Positions 24,977-38,326 of a stretch of 64,000 nucleotides of DNA are shown here, in pieces. A program made the position numbers and the translations under genes. Under the pieces are notes generated by a model that made no database searches, was not told the origin of the DNA, and worked only from the letters and a program-made list of their open reading frames with translations. This DNA comes from Marsupella aquatica. Its lineage: Eukaryota; Plantae; Marchantiophyta. Within the stretch, counting starts at the first letter, position 1, and every line of letters starts with the position of its first letter. The stretch covers positions 21,712,558-21,776,557 of the forward strand of contig OZ316895.1 in the NCBI GenBank assembly GCA_973895155.1, given 5' to 3'.

Positions 24977-27900
24977 ATATATTATAGTGAACCCTAGAGT
25001 CCATTTTTTGAATGTAAATAGAAATTATGACAAAAACATGCATGATTATCATTTAACATACACGATAGCCATGTGAGTGTTCCACATGGTGGGCCATAGA
25101 GTTATGGTCTAGAGTCTTCACTCTAAAGGACTAGACCCCAACTCTAGTTTGTGATTGGCACTTGATAAATAAGATGCTTGAAAAAGTAAGATGTTGTTCC
25201 ATCCCATCAAAACCTGCTTGTTGTCACATTGAGTGATGTGGTTGAAGTAAGCTAAAGGAGATCGAGACCCTTAATCTTCAAGCCCTTCCTGATTTTTCTC
25301 TTTGTAATTTTGGGTGTTCTATGGAAAAGAATTCATTGTCCAGTTCTCCTTGTACTTTTGAGTGTTTTCATGGAAAATAATTCATTGTTCAGTTCTCCTT
25401 GTAATTTTTCCTTGTAATATTGGGTGTTTTGATGGTAAAGAATGCAGAGTGCAGATTTAGATAGAGTAATTACGGAACTTCTCCGAGCTACTTTTACTAA
25501 CAAGAAATCTATTAGGTTTTTAAGTGCATTAAAGTCCTATTGATACCAGAACATTATACAATAGCAGCTGCTCAAAACTTGAGCTAAAGCCCTCCTTTTC
25601 ACACATCCTATGACCCACAATGCATAGGGCTTTACTAAATTCAAAATGCCAGATTTACTATTGGGTGAATTTATTTGTTTTGCTTATAGTACCTTCCTGG
25701 CCCATGACCCCCTGCTAACCAGGCTCTAATACACTTAGAGGTCTAATAGATTTTCTAGTATCATTTTTTGTATTTTCACTATTTTTAGTAAAACTAGAGG
25801 AGATGTTCATAATACCACAATACAAATCTAGACTGTGCTTTCTCCTCTATACCGCACCAAGAGCAACATAGAAAAAAAATCATGAAAGGCACTAAGTGCA
25901 TTTTTTAAATTTTTTGGGGGGGATCCCAAATGACCCTTCTAAGATGGTAATTTTTATTTCTTCATTTTCCATGACTTGATGGCAAGTCAGAATTGTGGAG
26001 ACTGCAGACTGAGTAGGGCAGGGAAGGAGGACATTTCAGAATGGATAAAATGTAATCTGAAGGTACAGTCCTTTAAAAATGTACTCCTTCCCTTCCCCAC
26101 TGAATTTAGGAATTGTACTCTGAAGGTACAATTGTATCCCCTTCCTTTGTTTGTAGTTGTTACTATTGGGTTTTGCACGTAGTAGGAGCTTCATAGAGCT
26201 ACCATCCTTATCCTTTTTTGTCTATCATTACGGACCCCCAAGGGAAGCTCCTTCCAAAATCTCTGGCACCACGTGGAGCCTCATCAGCAACATTAGCCAC
26301 AAACAGGAAAATTTGGTTGTGCAAGAAAAATAAATCCTAATGATTCGTGTTTGTGGCACAGCAAAGAAACAGTAAGACCTAGTAATGATAAAAACAACAC
26401 AATGATGAAGAGTAACACTGGAAATAAACAAAGACTAGGGTTAAAGAAATTGACCTGTAGGAATTCTCTTGATTGATATATTAGTGCTTTACATTATATT
26501 TTTTAGTTTTGAATTTAATTGGGAAATTTTTGAAATATTACGAGTTGGACAAGGATTGTGGATCTAGGAATACAATCTTTGTGGAGCTTGTTGTGGACTT
26601 GTGATCATTTCCTTTGTTGCTACCCAAATTTCTCATTCCCTTTTGCAGTAACTGAAGCTTGGTTGACATTGTCGCATTTACACTACAATTGGTGAAAATA
26701 GGTTTTATTCGTGCATAGCTAAGTTTTCAGCAATTCCAGTGTTGCTTTGCCCTGAGCCAACAATTGGTGGACCTTCAATTAGCTTATGTTACGTCAACAA
26801 CTGATATGACAAAAGTGATGAACATTCTTGGATGCACGTGTAGTCACATCAGCGTGATTTGTCACAAACAATAACTATTAGTTAGGCAAGAAGAACCAAA
26901 ATTGACTATTTGTGTTTGAGGCAAGACATAGAAAACAGTTAGACTGTAACTGTAAAAAAACAATGTGAAACTGAATTAACATTACAAGCAAACCAAGAAA
27001 AGGGTAAAATAGGAGTGTAAAAAATATTTGGATGAGTTGTGATTGATATATCAATGTTTTCTGGTAATCTGTTTCAATTTTCTTACTTACACATTTTTGG
27101 AATAATGACAAGTAGAAAGAAACTCTTCAACTACTCTAACATTTACTAAGGTAACATAAGAAGCCCAAGAAACTTTTCAGCTTCTCTAACATTTACCAAG
27201 GTAACTTAAGAAACCCTAAAGTTGACTAATATATATAGAGGAGTAATAAGCAAAGGTAAGAAACATCATAATTACTATAGGTAGAGGAATACCAAGGGAC
27301 TCTAAGATCCTTTCAACTATTATGGACAAAGTTATATTTTGCATGAACTATGGAATGTTGCATGTATTGTATAGACTTAGGGGTACTAAAGGCAACCTTT
27401 TGCATGAAGGATTACCATCAGTATTACCATGAATGTACTCTTATTTGTCCTCAATGAAACTGTCATAACCACCTTTAAAATTTACTTCATATAGAATCCT
27501 CCACCGGTTACCAGGTTGGTCTACTGTAATCCTATGTTGACCTAACCGAGTAAAGTTTAACAAAAAAGGCAACCCCAATGGGTTACTCTAAGTGCCAACT
27601 CGCATGTGAAGTGTCTTTCAAAAGACGGCCCTTAACTTGAGTCGTGTGAGGATGTGAATGAACAAGAAGTTTCTGGCAGTACCCCCTCATGCGCCAGGCC
27701 TGATGGCATTTTTTTGGAGTCGCAAGAGCAAGGACTAGAAAGTTTTTGGCCCTTGCAGATCCTGACCTTTGCCTTGTGGAAAAAACAAAAATAACTTTAC
27801 TCTTGTTACAAGCTCTCTCCTAGTTAAGAATTACAGACCAAGATTTGTCTCAGATTGTCTGATCATAGAAGTGCTACATTTTCCTGAAGTATTGGGAGCA

Positions 27901-30139
27901 CAAAGGGCCGCATGATCACATGCGAGTTGGCCCTAACGCTATTCCTTTCTGACCTTAATACTGGGTTTTTTGGTTAGTGGATCTGCATATGAGCTACTGT
28001 GTAGTGCATTGACTGACATAATTCATTCTTGGGTTCTCCAAGATCCAATGATTGGCATCCAAGGGTGCATATGTCAGGAGACACTAAAAAACCCAGTAAC
28101 CATTGGGCTTGCTTTTTGACAGATCATCGTTGCTATATACAGCAACCTAAAAAAGACAACTTTTTATGTTATATTTAATGTATACATTAAGCAAATAGCG
28201 TACACAGTTGGAGATGCTTTTACGCCTTATTAAATTAGTGGGCTCCTCTCTATTCATTCGCTCATAGATGCTTTGAAGATGCCTGAAGCTAGTGTCAAAT
28301 GCGCAACACAAAGAGGGCTCCTCGGTATTCCTTTGCTTGAAGATGCTCGAAGCTACCGGTAGCGTCAACTGCTCAACATACGTATGAAACAAGTTCTCAT
28401 CTTATTTTTGAAAACCTTAAAGGATGATTACAGTACAACACATCAATCAATGTCTCAATTACAGTGCACAAAAATGGGATTCTTTGTCCAGAACCTAGCA
28501 TAAACGAATAGCATTATTAAAACTGGCCAGCTCACTTTTGTTTTGGGACATCATTTTGCAGGCCTACCATACCTGTTGATGGTAACTGATGTTAAGTGGA
28601 CTAGGCCTGACAATAGCAACTGATGTATAAGTGAAAGAGCTCTCAAGCATAAGTGAAATGGCCAGGTAGTTGGGACACTGTGGGGAGTTGAGAGGTCAGC
28701 CTGACAACTGGATTTTAAACAGTGTGCAAGCTCCAAAGAGAGTGATGGTGTGGGTTGGGCATAGCGCCTTTAGATCCCTCCAAGGTGAGAAAATAGTGCA
28801 TCATAATCCAAATGCCAAGGAGGCTTTCCATGAGAATGACATTTTGTAAACAAACCATGAGAAAAGAATGTTGCTTTACATATTGTAGTGTTTAGATGAT
28901 CCCAAACCACATGAGTACCAGATTTCCAAATGCCACCACCAAAATTCAGCTGTTCATAATATTGAAAAAGGCGATTACATAAGAGGCACTTTATACAGCT
29001 CTGACTGCTAGAATCATTCAGAGCACTCTGTTCCATACCTAATATAATGCCATAGGCAGGACTGGCGAAACATTAATTATTTTCCATGTTAGCAAATAAC
29101 CAACCAAAAAAAAAACTTCAGGAGAGAGTGAATCCAAGCTGTTGCAAGCTACAAATCTGCAGGAGCACGGAAAGAAACTTGCTGCAAGAGGAGACAACTA
29201 AAGCGCTGGTCAGCCCAAATCGCTTATCCAAGAGTTCAGTTCGAAACAGGACGATGAATTGTTCACTACGGAAGGGAAGGGAAGTGGAGCCGTGCAAAGA
29301 GACAAAGACAAACTCAGGGCTTGTATACCTGAGACGCCAATCCTCCTGTCAAGTGGAAGTGAAAGAGCCACGCGATATGAATCTCAGTTGATCAGCCCAC
29401 AATTTATTTGTAGATCAAAACAATTTATTTGTATCAGTCAGATTTGAAGATCATCCGCAGCTCAATGATGTCCTTTGCAACGGAAGTTGGATGATCTAGA
29501 GCTTAGGCGTTTCAAGATTGGGCTTCCTGATACCAAGCTTCCATATTCGAGTCAGCAAATAGATATACAGAACGAAACAAAGGATCCAGCTTAGCCAAGA
29601 ACATGTGAGGAGAATTCCAAATAACCATGATCAGCCTGTATCTGACAACTGGCATGTATAAATGTTCCTACTGCTTTTCAGTCGATGACTACAGATGCAG
29701 GAGGATGGGTGCTAATATGACCAGCATCGCAACATTCACGAGAGTTTCACAAGTTTGACAAAATAAGTCCAAGCAGAGTAATGGTATTTCCCAGATCAGT
29801 GGCTCTGGTGGAGCTGGGCTCCAATTCACACTAAATCATTTCTGTGTCGGCAATGAATACCATTGAGTAGAAACACATATCCAAACTTATAATTACCAAC
29901 AGATCAGAAGTCGAGATGTTGCCTCTCCTTGCACACGTGCTATCTTCCTTCTAGTCATACTAAGTTTTGGTCTCCCACAGTTTGGTTTCATTCCTCCAGT
30001 CCCTTGAGTTTGTTTTCCTCTGCCCTGTTGGTTTTCGCCTTGGGTGTCTTTGAATTAACTTGTTGCACCGTCAACTTCCTTAAGAAAACATCATAAAAAA
30101 GTCTGGTCATACAAAGGCGAGCAGTGTGGATTACAACAA

Positions 30140-31840
30140 TTACCTCCACAGCTCCCACTGGGCAGTACCGTTTATCTTTTCCATACCCGCATTGCTTAAG
30201 CAATCCATCAAAAGACTGCTTGTTCCTGAGAACTTTCTAATTTTTTCTAACTCGTCTACCTTCAGGTATAACCCCACTCCCTGCCGAATCGTTTGAACCG
30301 ATTTAACAGTTTTGATTAGAAGTTTTGTACTCTCAATTTCAGCGTTATCCTCGAGCTTAGGAGCAGGCTCAATTTTCCTTGACTCCCTTGGTCTTTGAAG
30401 GAATAGAACAAGGTTCTTGAACCTGTTATCTCTCTGATTGCAAGGCTTACATGCATCAAAATGGTCACTTGTGGCAGCTGTGAAGAAGCAATCAATGTCG
30501 TAGCGGACTGATGCTTCTACTGCAACATATGTATGCCAATATCCATACCACACATCCTGCCCACGATAAAAAGCATCAGATTTCATCCAATCAATTGACT
30601 AGCACCTATAGCAGAAAGCTTGATGTATGATAAAGCTCAAATAAACCCATCACGCGAGGGCGATTTGGACTGTAATCCTGGAGGACCGTTAGCCCGAGGG
30701 GGTTAGATACTGGCCGGAGCCCCTGAAGTGGGGATGGCCTACAAAGCTGAATTCACGACTCTGTTCTTCTGAAGAAATTTTCACTTTTGAAATTCACAAC
30801 CCCCGGACCAAGCTGGCTAGCGGATTATGAGCTTCAACTGCGGGGTTACGATTGAAACACCGTGCAATCTTGAAAGGAAGAAACAATTGAAGGGGTTAAG
30901 AAATCATACGCACCACTTTGGTTTGGCAAGCTGCAAAAATTGCTTCATTCGTGCAACCACTGTATTTCCTCCATTCCCTGAACCATTCATTTCGGCGGCT
31001 AGCATCTTCGCTCAGAGTTTTTACAATTTTCAACAAGGGACTCTCTTCCTTGGGTAACCACGCTGTGTAGTCAGCTAACTTTGAGCCCAAAAATGGTGTA
31101 TTATAAAAGAAAACACCTTGTATGTTCTCCACGAAAGAACTCAATCTCTGAAAATCTGTGCGTTCTGGAGAGACAAAGCCAGAAAATACCCCTCGCTTCC
31201 AAAGGCTTAGTTTTACTTCCATGGCATAGACAAGCTCTTTGATGACTAGCCCTCCCAAACCATGTCCAACTAGGAAGATGGGACAATCTGTTTCGTATAT
31301 GTTGACAATGTCTTGTCTCAAGTTCTCTGCAATCAAGTATATATCCATATGACCAGCAGTTCTTGTCTTCCATATGGCACCTTGGTAATAAGCACTTGAG
31401 ATTCTGGACTCGGGGAACTCTATTGAAAGCCACTCTTTTGGCCAGTAAACAGCAGGTTCACTATTCGACATCCAAGTTTCCAGATAAGGCTTCCCATTCT
31501 TGCTCAAGTCAATATCATGAAAAAAAATTACTTCTGATTTTGGAGCACGTTTGGGTTTGTGAGCCGCATAAATGGAATCATTGAGCTGCATCCAAGCCAT
31601 ATATATGATCAACCGGATGACGTCATGAGCAGCTCTTAACATGGGCTTGGCAAATGTTCAACAGCAAACAAACTTGAGGAACAAAGCGGAATACAAAAAA
31701 TTCGTTATGTGAAACACAATTCATACCAAATAAAGAGGAAACACTCTGCCACGTTGCCTGCCTGCCAAAACAAACCATGAACAACGTACCCAGGTGCCCA
31801 ACTCCGAGATAGAATCCTTGGAAGTGGATGCCGATGCCAT
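30140..31840 (-). CDS. Gene D: stand-alone alpha/beta-hydrolase-fold protein (SERAC1/HNL N-terminal type) with the nucleophile Ser replaced by Gly. Exons 31840-31790, 31585-30914, 30556-30140
   Basis: MASASTSKDSISELGTW|LNDSIY...VIFFHD...TW...WPKEWL..EFPESRISSAYY...PIFLVGHGLGGLVIKEL...GVFFYNTPFLGS...|...EASVRYD...DHFDACKP. Introns are GT-AG, phase 0. Confidence 0.8.
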
Positions 31841-33119
31841 TCGGCCTCAGGGAAATTGAGAGGAACTTAAAGGTCTTTTTCCAGAAAGGGGAACAGAATG
31901 ATCTTTCCCGAGCTAGCCCTCCAAGGGAAAGCCCGACAATGTGTTGGGTAACAGACTGCCTTACACCCGCGGCGCTTTACCGTAACGAGTCATAAGCTAA
32001 AAACTAGCCCTACGATTACAGTAGAACGAAAGTGCAGTCGAGAAGACGTCGAGATCAGACACACAGAAGGGAACACTTCACAAGGGAAACACTTCACAAC
32101 AATGGCTGCATCGAACAGCGGGCTGGTGTCCATACAGTATAGAGTAGTTTTTTTCTCTTTTCCTTCCTGGTCTTGAAACCTAAAGTCGAAGGGTGATCTC
32201 CTGTGGTGTTGCCCTGGTGGCCACCTGTTTGTATGCTGTCTTTGTGAATGGAATTCAAAAAGATCTTTCAAGGCAAAAATAAATAAAGTCGAAGAGTGAT
32301 CATCTTTACAGAACAGTAGTCTTGCTCAGTTTGGTCCTCGCGCGATCCATTCTTCAGAAAAGTCAAGACGGTAATCGCTTTCACTCCCGAACCGTACCAG
32401 TGTGGTTATATTTTATTGAATTGAATGGAGTTCTCGTCACTAGACCCACACGCAAGGAGCATTTATTCTGCCTGAACTGTTGTAGATTCTTACCTTTACG
32501 TCAGTGAGTTGCAGCAACAAGCGAGGTCTTATTATTATATTCGTGTAGCTTCTAGTGGGGCCGGGACAGCTTCTAGACTTGGAACTCTTGCAGCTCTAGG
32601 GGAGTTTCGGGGCAAGCTCCGCAACTCTTGGGAGTTGGCCAAATTTCGACAGCGCACAGGACGATTTGAAACTCCAATCTGAGCAATTTGTAGGGGACGC
32701 TTATCCCGGCCTCTTCGGGAGCTCTCTCTCTTAAGTGTTCTCACTCAATTCTTCTCAGGAAACCTTGACGGACTTTCTCCGCCGAGTTCTCCGCCTGGTT
32801 TTCATTCCTCGTGATCGTTCATCTCGATTAGGTGTGAAGGATCTCATGAGGCAGTCATGTAGGTAACTTCGATGGCCGGACGGATGTGTTCGAGCTGAGA
32901 ACTTTCCTCTTCTGAATTGCTGCTAATACATCGTGTCTCAACTCTGGGCCTTGTCCTCGATGCTGGTCTGTAATTCCAAAGGATCGCACGGGTGTGATGA
33001 AGTGCGAGAAAACTAGGCAGGAATTGCCGGTCCGGCTGACATCGACACACCATTAAAGTTTTAGTTCTCTATTGCCGTTGTCATTCTCTGCTGGTGGTCC
33101 TTTTTCCCTTCTTGGAGAC

Positions 33120-36100
33120 ATGGACCGGGTATGGGGAAGTAGTCTGGAAAGTCCAATACCAGCGGGTGAGGCAACTTCATCATCGCCTGAGCGTTTACTT
33201 CCTCATGGACTACAGAAGGTACGTAGGAACTAGTTGCCCCCTGCGCTTGCTTGCTGAAGACGAAGGCAGTTCAACCAAACACTTGCGTCTCTTTGTTGGT
33301 TCATGTCTTCGAGCTCTTCTCATTTCAGTCGACGCGTTTATCGTGCGCTTTAATCTTGAGTGTTGACGTTATATGGTCGGGCTTTTCAATTACTGGTCTC
33401 CAGTCTATCAGACGAATCGAGTTCTGACAAGCACATCTTGCTGCAGATCAATGATTCGGTCTATCTAGTTGACGGGCTCCTAGAAAATCCCTCAGTTGAA
33501 ATTGTTTTTTTCCACGGTCTCAGCCTGGATGGATCCAAGGAAACATATTGGACGACATGGCTCTCATCAGATGGCTCCGAGTTGTGGCTCCGATGGATCT
33601 TGAAAGAGTTCCCATGTGCTCGCATACTTATGGTTTCGTACGATCCTTCAATTAAGAGAAGAGTTGATTGGGGCTCTCGGAACATTTGCGAAATTGGTAA
33701 AAAACTGGTGCGAGATCTAACAAATGCTCGAGTTGGGAACCGTGGTTGCCCGGTGGTGTTTGTAGGGCATTCCGTTGGATGTGTGGTGATGAAAGAACTT
33801 TGTATTAGACACGAATGCACGGGTGAATATATAAGGGAATATTCGAGGGAATATCAAATATTCGAGGGTTTTCCCGCATTTAATGGTGTCGATATTCGAG
33901 GGAATATCGAATATAATGGTGTCGATAATGGTGTCGATATTCGAGGGAATATTTATCTGAAGAAATATTCGAGTGAATATTCGAGTGTGTTGAGGAAATA
34001 TTACCTCGACCAATATTTGAGTGAATTTCATTGGAGCGAATGGGAATCGATACACTCAAGTGCAAAGTCATTGTCCAATGAATATTCTAGTGAGTTGTTA
34101 TTCAATTTGAAAGGACTCTTCTACTACTCATGTCCCAACCTTGGGTTAGAGTTGCCACACAGTAGTGCCTCAACGTTTCCAGAGGGACGACTGGTTCAAG
34201 ACGTTACTATCAGTAATGAGCAACTAGAACGGACGAATAGGGTTTTTCGTGAGGTACGCAAGGATTATGGATGGATAACCGGTGGAATCGGAGAACGCCT
34301 TCCAACAACTTTGGTAAGTGTTCTAGCTGCAACTTCTGCTACAATCACTTTATCAAAATCAAAACCTCGTCGTGAGTCTTAGCAGTTCAATGTGAAGATG
34401 AAGTTGAGCTTGTGAAAATGTGTCTTTCACTCAATGAAAGTGTCAAGTGCTAGGCCAACTCAATTTCCCAGCCCATAGAAACGAGCGACGAATTCTGTGA
34501 AGGCAAAGTTCAGTTTATTTATTTTCTGTTGGTGCAATATATTCTCTACAGGGACAATGGAAAAAGGTGATTGTTTCAGAAGCGTCAGCAAGGTATGATT
34601 CGGACGAGTTTACACGGTCAATGCTGACCATTTTGATGTGTGTCGACCAGAGTCTCCTTCGAATTCCACATATCTTCTCCTGTCACGCTTCATTGCTCGT
34701 GCATTGGAAAAGGTATCATTGTCTGAGCGCTTTTTATGTGCTTAAGCTATAAACTGCAAAACTATTAGAACCTTGGCAGATCTTATATACTTAGCATGTT
34801 TTGAGAAGGTTTTACTAATATAGTTCTGAACACAATTTAAATCATACTCTAGATCGATTGATGGCACTGTAACAGAACGAAGTCATTGTAAGAGGACGCT
34901 TTGCCAGCTACTGTTGTTACACATTTGCTTGTTTTTGTTGAAATGTTGTGGATAGTAAATACTTTCTGGTCTTTCATGATAGCATGAAGAACAAGAGTAG
35001 CCTTAGTTGCAACTGAAAATTGCAGCCTAGCTCTTCATTTCATCAACATTCGAGTAGATTTTATGGCATTCATATATTTTGGAGTATATAACTTCATGCT
35101 CAATTCAAATGGCTGGATAACGTGATTCATATTCCCCATGGAATTGTTGGTCTTGACAGGCGGCGGGTCAAGACAGTCCATCGCCAGCTTCGTACATGAC
35201 GATGGACGCGGACATAGCTCAGCGACCGGATATAAAATTGAAAAAGAATCGGTTCAACTTGTCTGACGAACTTTCCAAGGCTGAAGCATCCAAGGACGAG
35301 CCAACCAAGCTTGCCGGGGAGTTGAGCATGCGGCAGCCTCTCCAGAATGCGCGCTTACCCCTGGATATGAACTTAAAACAGCAGGCAATGAAAAGTTTGC
35401 TTGGTAGCTCTGCTGCAGAAACTTTAGGTACTGGGGGTCATGGGACCGGGAGTAACGAGAACAAAAGCGATGACGGGAGCAAGGAAGATGAAACTTCAGG
35501 TACTGGGGGCCATGAGGTCGGCAGCAGTGAGAAGAATAGCGATGACGGGAGCAATGACGATGAGATACTGTTACTCCACCAACTGCCCGAGGAAGGCGAC
35601 GTTGCTTCCCAGGGGACTCATGCCGTTAAACTGTCAGCAGCCCACCCTCCCCCGCCATCAGGTTACAAAAATGCCAAGAGCATTAAACGAAGGAAGCTGT
35701 CGATGGCAACAGGCGAGTCCATCTTTGGGACAAGCATAGAATCCGTCTATCAAGAAAAGAGTACTGAAAATTTTGAAAGAAAATCTGTGATGGGCTTGAC
35801 ATTGAGGCCAGGGGAAGATCTAGGGATAAAGCAACTTTCCGTGGAAACAAACAATTTAAGGATAGAGGAGACAGCGGACAAATGCATGACTAGAGATGGG
35901 ACTCCAGAGTCTAGGTTGCTAATGTGTTTTATAGGGCTCGTTAAGGACAGAGACGAAGAAGGATACTTCGTGAGTTCAGAGTGGCTCCTCAGCCTACAAG
36001 AGAATGAAAGAGAATCTTTAATGTCAGTCCTTTGGGGAGCTGGATATGCAGAGGCTTGTCAAACAACTACCACAACATTGTTTGCTAGAATTGAGAATGA

Positions 36101-38326
36101 TGTGGAAGGGGGCACATCTACAGAGGCCTCAGGATCATTCATTTTAACAGGAAAGAGGGTCGATAAATATCCCGGAGAAATACAGGGTTTGAGTATGGAC
36201 AAGAAGCCAGAGATTTCAACTCAAGAAATTGCCAATAACTTCGGTTCAGACAACCCAAGAGAATCAAGTATGCCATCCTCCATCCACTTACTAATTGTAT
36301 TAGATCTTAGATCACAGTACGACCACAAGTGCTCATCATTAAGCTGAATCCACATGACATAGAGCGACGTGGTTTTGTTACGAGGACTACTAGAGTTTAA
36401 AATTGATTCTTTGAAGTTTAGAAACTTGTATGAACGGAGTGCTGGATGACAATAGCCCGTGGCTGGTGGCATTGCCAGCGTCCCAGAGGTCCTAGAAATA
36501 TGTGCAATTCTGTCTTGAGCTTTGCATTAGTGCAGCTATCAATTCCCTCCTCAAGAGACATGAGGGAAACGGGCAGGGAAACTGCATTAATATACGTATG
36601 TCACACGATTAAATTAGCAAAAAAATACTTTAGGCTCGGAGGTAAAAATGAAAATCAAGAATGGAATCTTCTCGTCTCTTATACTCGGTAATAATCACAT
36701 CTCCGAATAAACATGGATAATAGATTATTCTCTCCATTCATGGCTGTGGGAATACCTGAGGAGAAACATATCAAAGTTGAAATCTCAGGCGACTGGAGTG
36801 AGTGCACAATAATTTTCGCTTCATCTTCATTCTACGGGGCCAGGTTCGAAAATCCATTGCACACCCTAATCACTTTTGTCCCTGTTCAGGTAGTGCAATT
36901 GACGACGGAAGGCGCAGGCACGTAGCAACATGGGAGTCTTTCCAAGCGGCAATAAACAGCAAACGCCAGGAGAGGTTTTGTGTAAGCACGCAGTGGATCT
37001 CCCATCTAAATGGGCATGAGAAGGAGGCATTGGTTCAATCTTTAACGGAAGCTAAGTACGTGCAGATTTCTCAGTCAAGCGAAACAACTTGGTATGTGAG
37101 GTTCCGAGGTGAGGTGCGGAACCTTCCTCGTCCTGCAGGCGATGATGATGCATCAAGATCGTCCAATAAAAATAACAGTACCAGTGGTAATGTCGAAAAG
37201 CTTGGAATATGGAACTTATTTGGATGGCTGAGACCTAAGAGGAACATGAATGATGAGGATAATCTAAGGGGTTCGTCTGATGCGGCAAACAGAGTGGAAA
37301 CAAGTAAGTTGGACGTCCCACGAAGTTGGTATTGGCAAGTGATTGCGATGTACGTTGCTATAATAGTGGTCATATGGCTGTCTTATGACCTTGAACACTA
37401 TGGCATTTATCGTTTGCAGGCCAAATCCAAGATGGCAAAAGTTCTGTGTGTCATCCTCAACTTTTGACAGTGACGTGCTCATCGTCTTCTGAACCGTCAA
37501 CAGTACTGCCATTGAACGGGAATGTGAGTGAAGATTTCAGTAGATTTCGATTTGGTGACTCAACTGTCACAATCCCTCGAATGGGTCCCTCCCAGAATAT
37601 TTCAACCTCTATGGAGAAATCCTTCTCAATAACGAAGATTGAGTTCGTTGATGGACGAAGTAGGGAGGCCTCCATGGATCTGAAGGCAATTGCAACAACC
37701 TCACTGAGTTGCTGCGTTAAAATGGACCGTCACCTCCAGAAGGTGCATTTTAAATTTTCTAAAATATCTGGAGAAGTCAGGAACGTAGAACCAGAAGAAG
37801 AGTGGTGCAATGCTATCGTTGTGAGCTCTGTATACACAAGTGTGTTCGGTTGTAGTAAGAGGAGAACCAATCCATATAACATGGAACCAATCGATCTTTT
37901 TCTCGACGATGAATACTGTCGTAGTGGAGGACGGAGAGTGTCTGAAGGGGATCCCTCTACAGGTGATCTTGTGTGGATCGAGAATGCAGAAAGAACTCCT
38001 GACAGCTGTGAGCCTGGATCAACGACCATAGTGTTGCAAAGAGAGATTGAAAGAAGACGCCTAGAGGACTCACGGAGACCCGTTCAGGGAGCTTATCCTC
38101 TTCTCTTCCAAAACGTATTCCTGTGAAATTCGAGGGGGAAGTTAGTTTAGCCCATTACCGTCACACAGATTCATTCTTACAATTTCGTGTTAGATATCAA
38201 CTGCAAGTGTCTTACTTCAAACCCTCTCGAGCCATTTTAGAAGAAGGCCCAGTTTGGTATGCCATCAACACCACTAAACTCATCGATTTTGGCCCCTGTT
38301 TGACATTTACAACCGAGAGTTTTTAG
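33120..38326 (+). CDS. Gene A: alpha/beta-hydrolase fused to an unknown C-terminal module (two ~65-aa repeats + ~290-aa beta-rich domain). Exons 33120-33218, 33447-34313, 34552-34712, 35160-36267, 36890-37303, 37420-38326. Two 1-bp frameshifts (~34610, ~38112), so a pseudogene or assembly error
   Basis: Hydrolase motifs IVFFHGL, WL..EFP.ARIL.VSY, VFVGHSVG, LFYYSCP and EASARYD...DHFDVCRP. All five GT-AG introns join in phase once the two single-base deletions are corrected. Exons 4-6 are collinear with gene B. Confidence 0.75.

Noticed and set aside
28500-29050. Possible decayed LINE fragment (also 5760-6060)
   Set aside because: Only vague Trp-rich or YLG-like hints; no RT or endonuclease motif that I can support.
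37304-37467. Transmembrane helix at the end of ORF 36802-37467
   Set aside because: It lies in the intron (GTAAGT at 37304) and is not conserved in frame in gene B.
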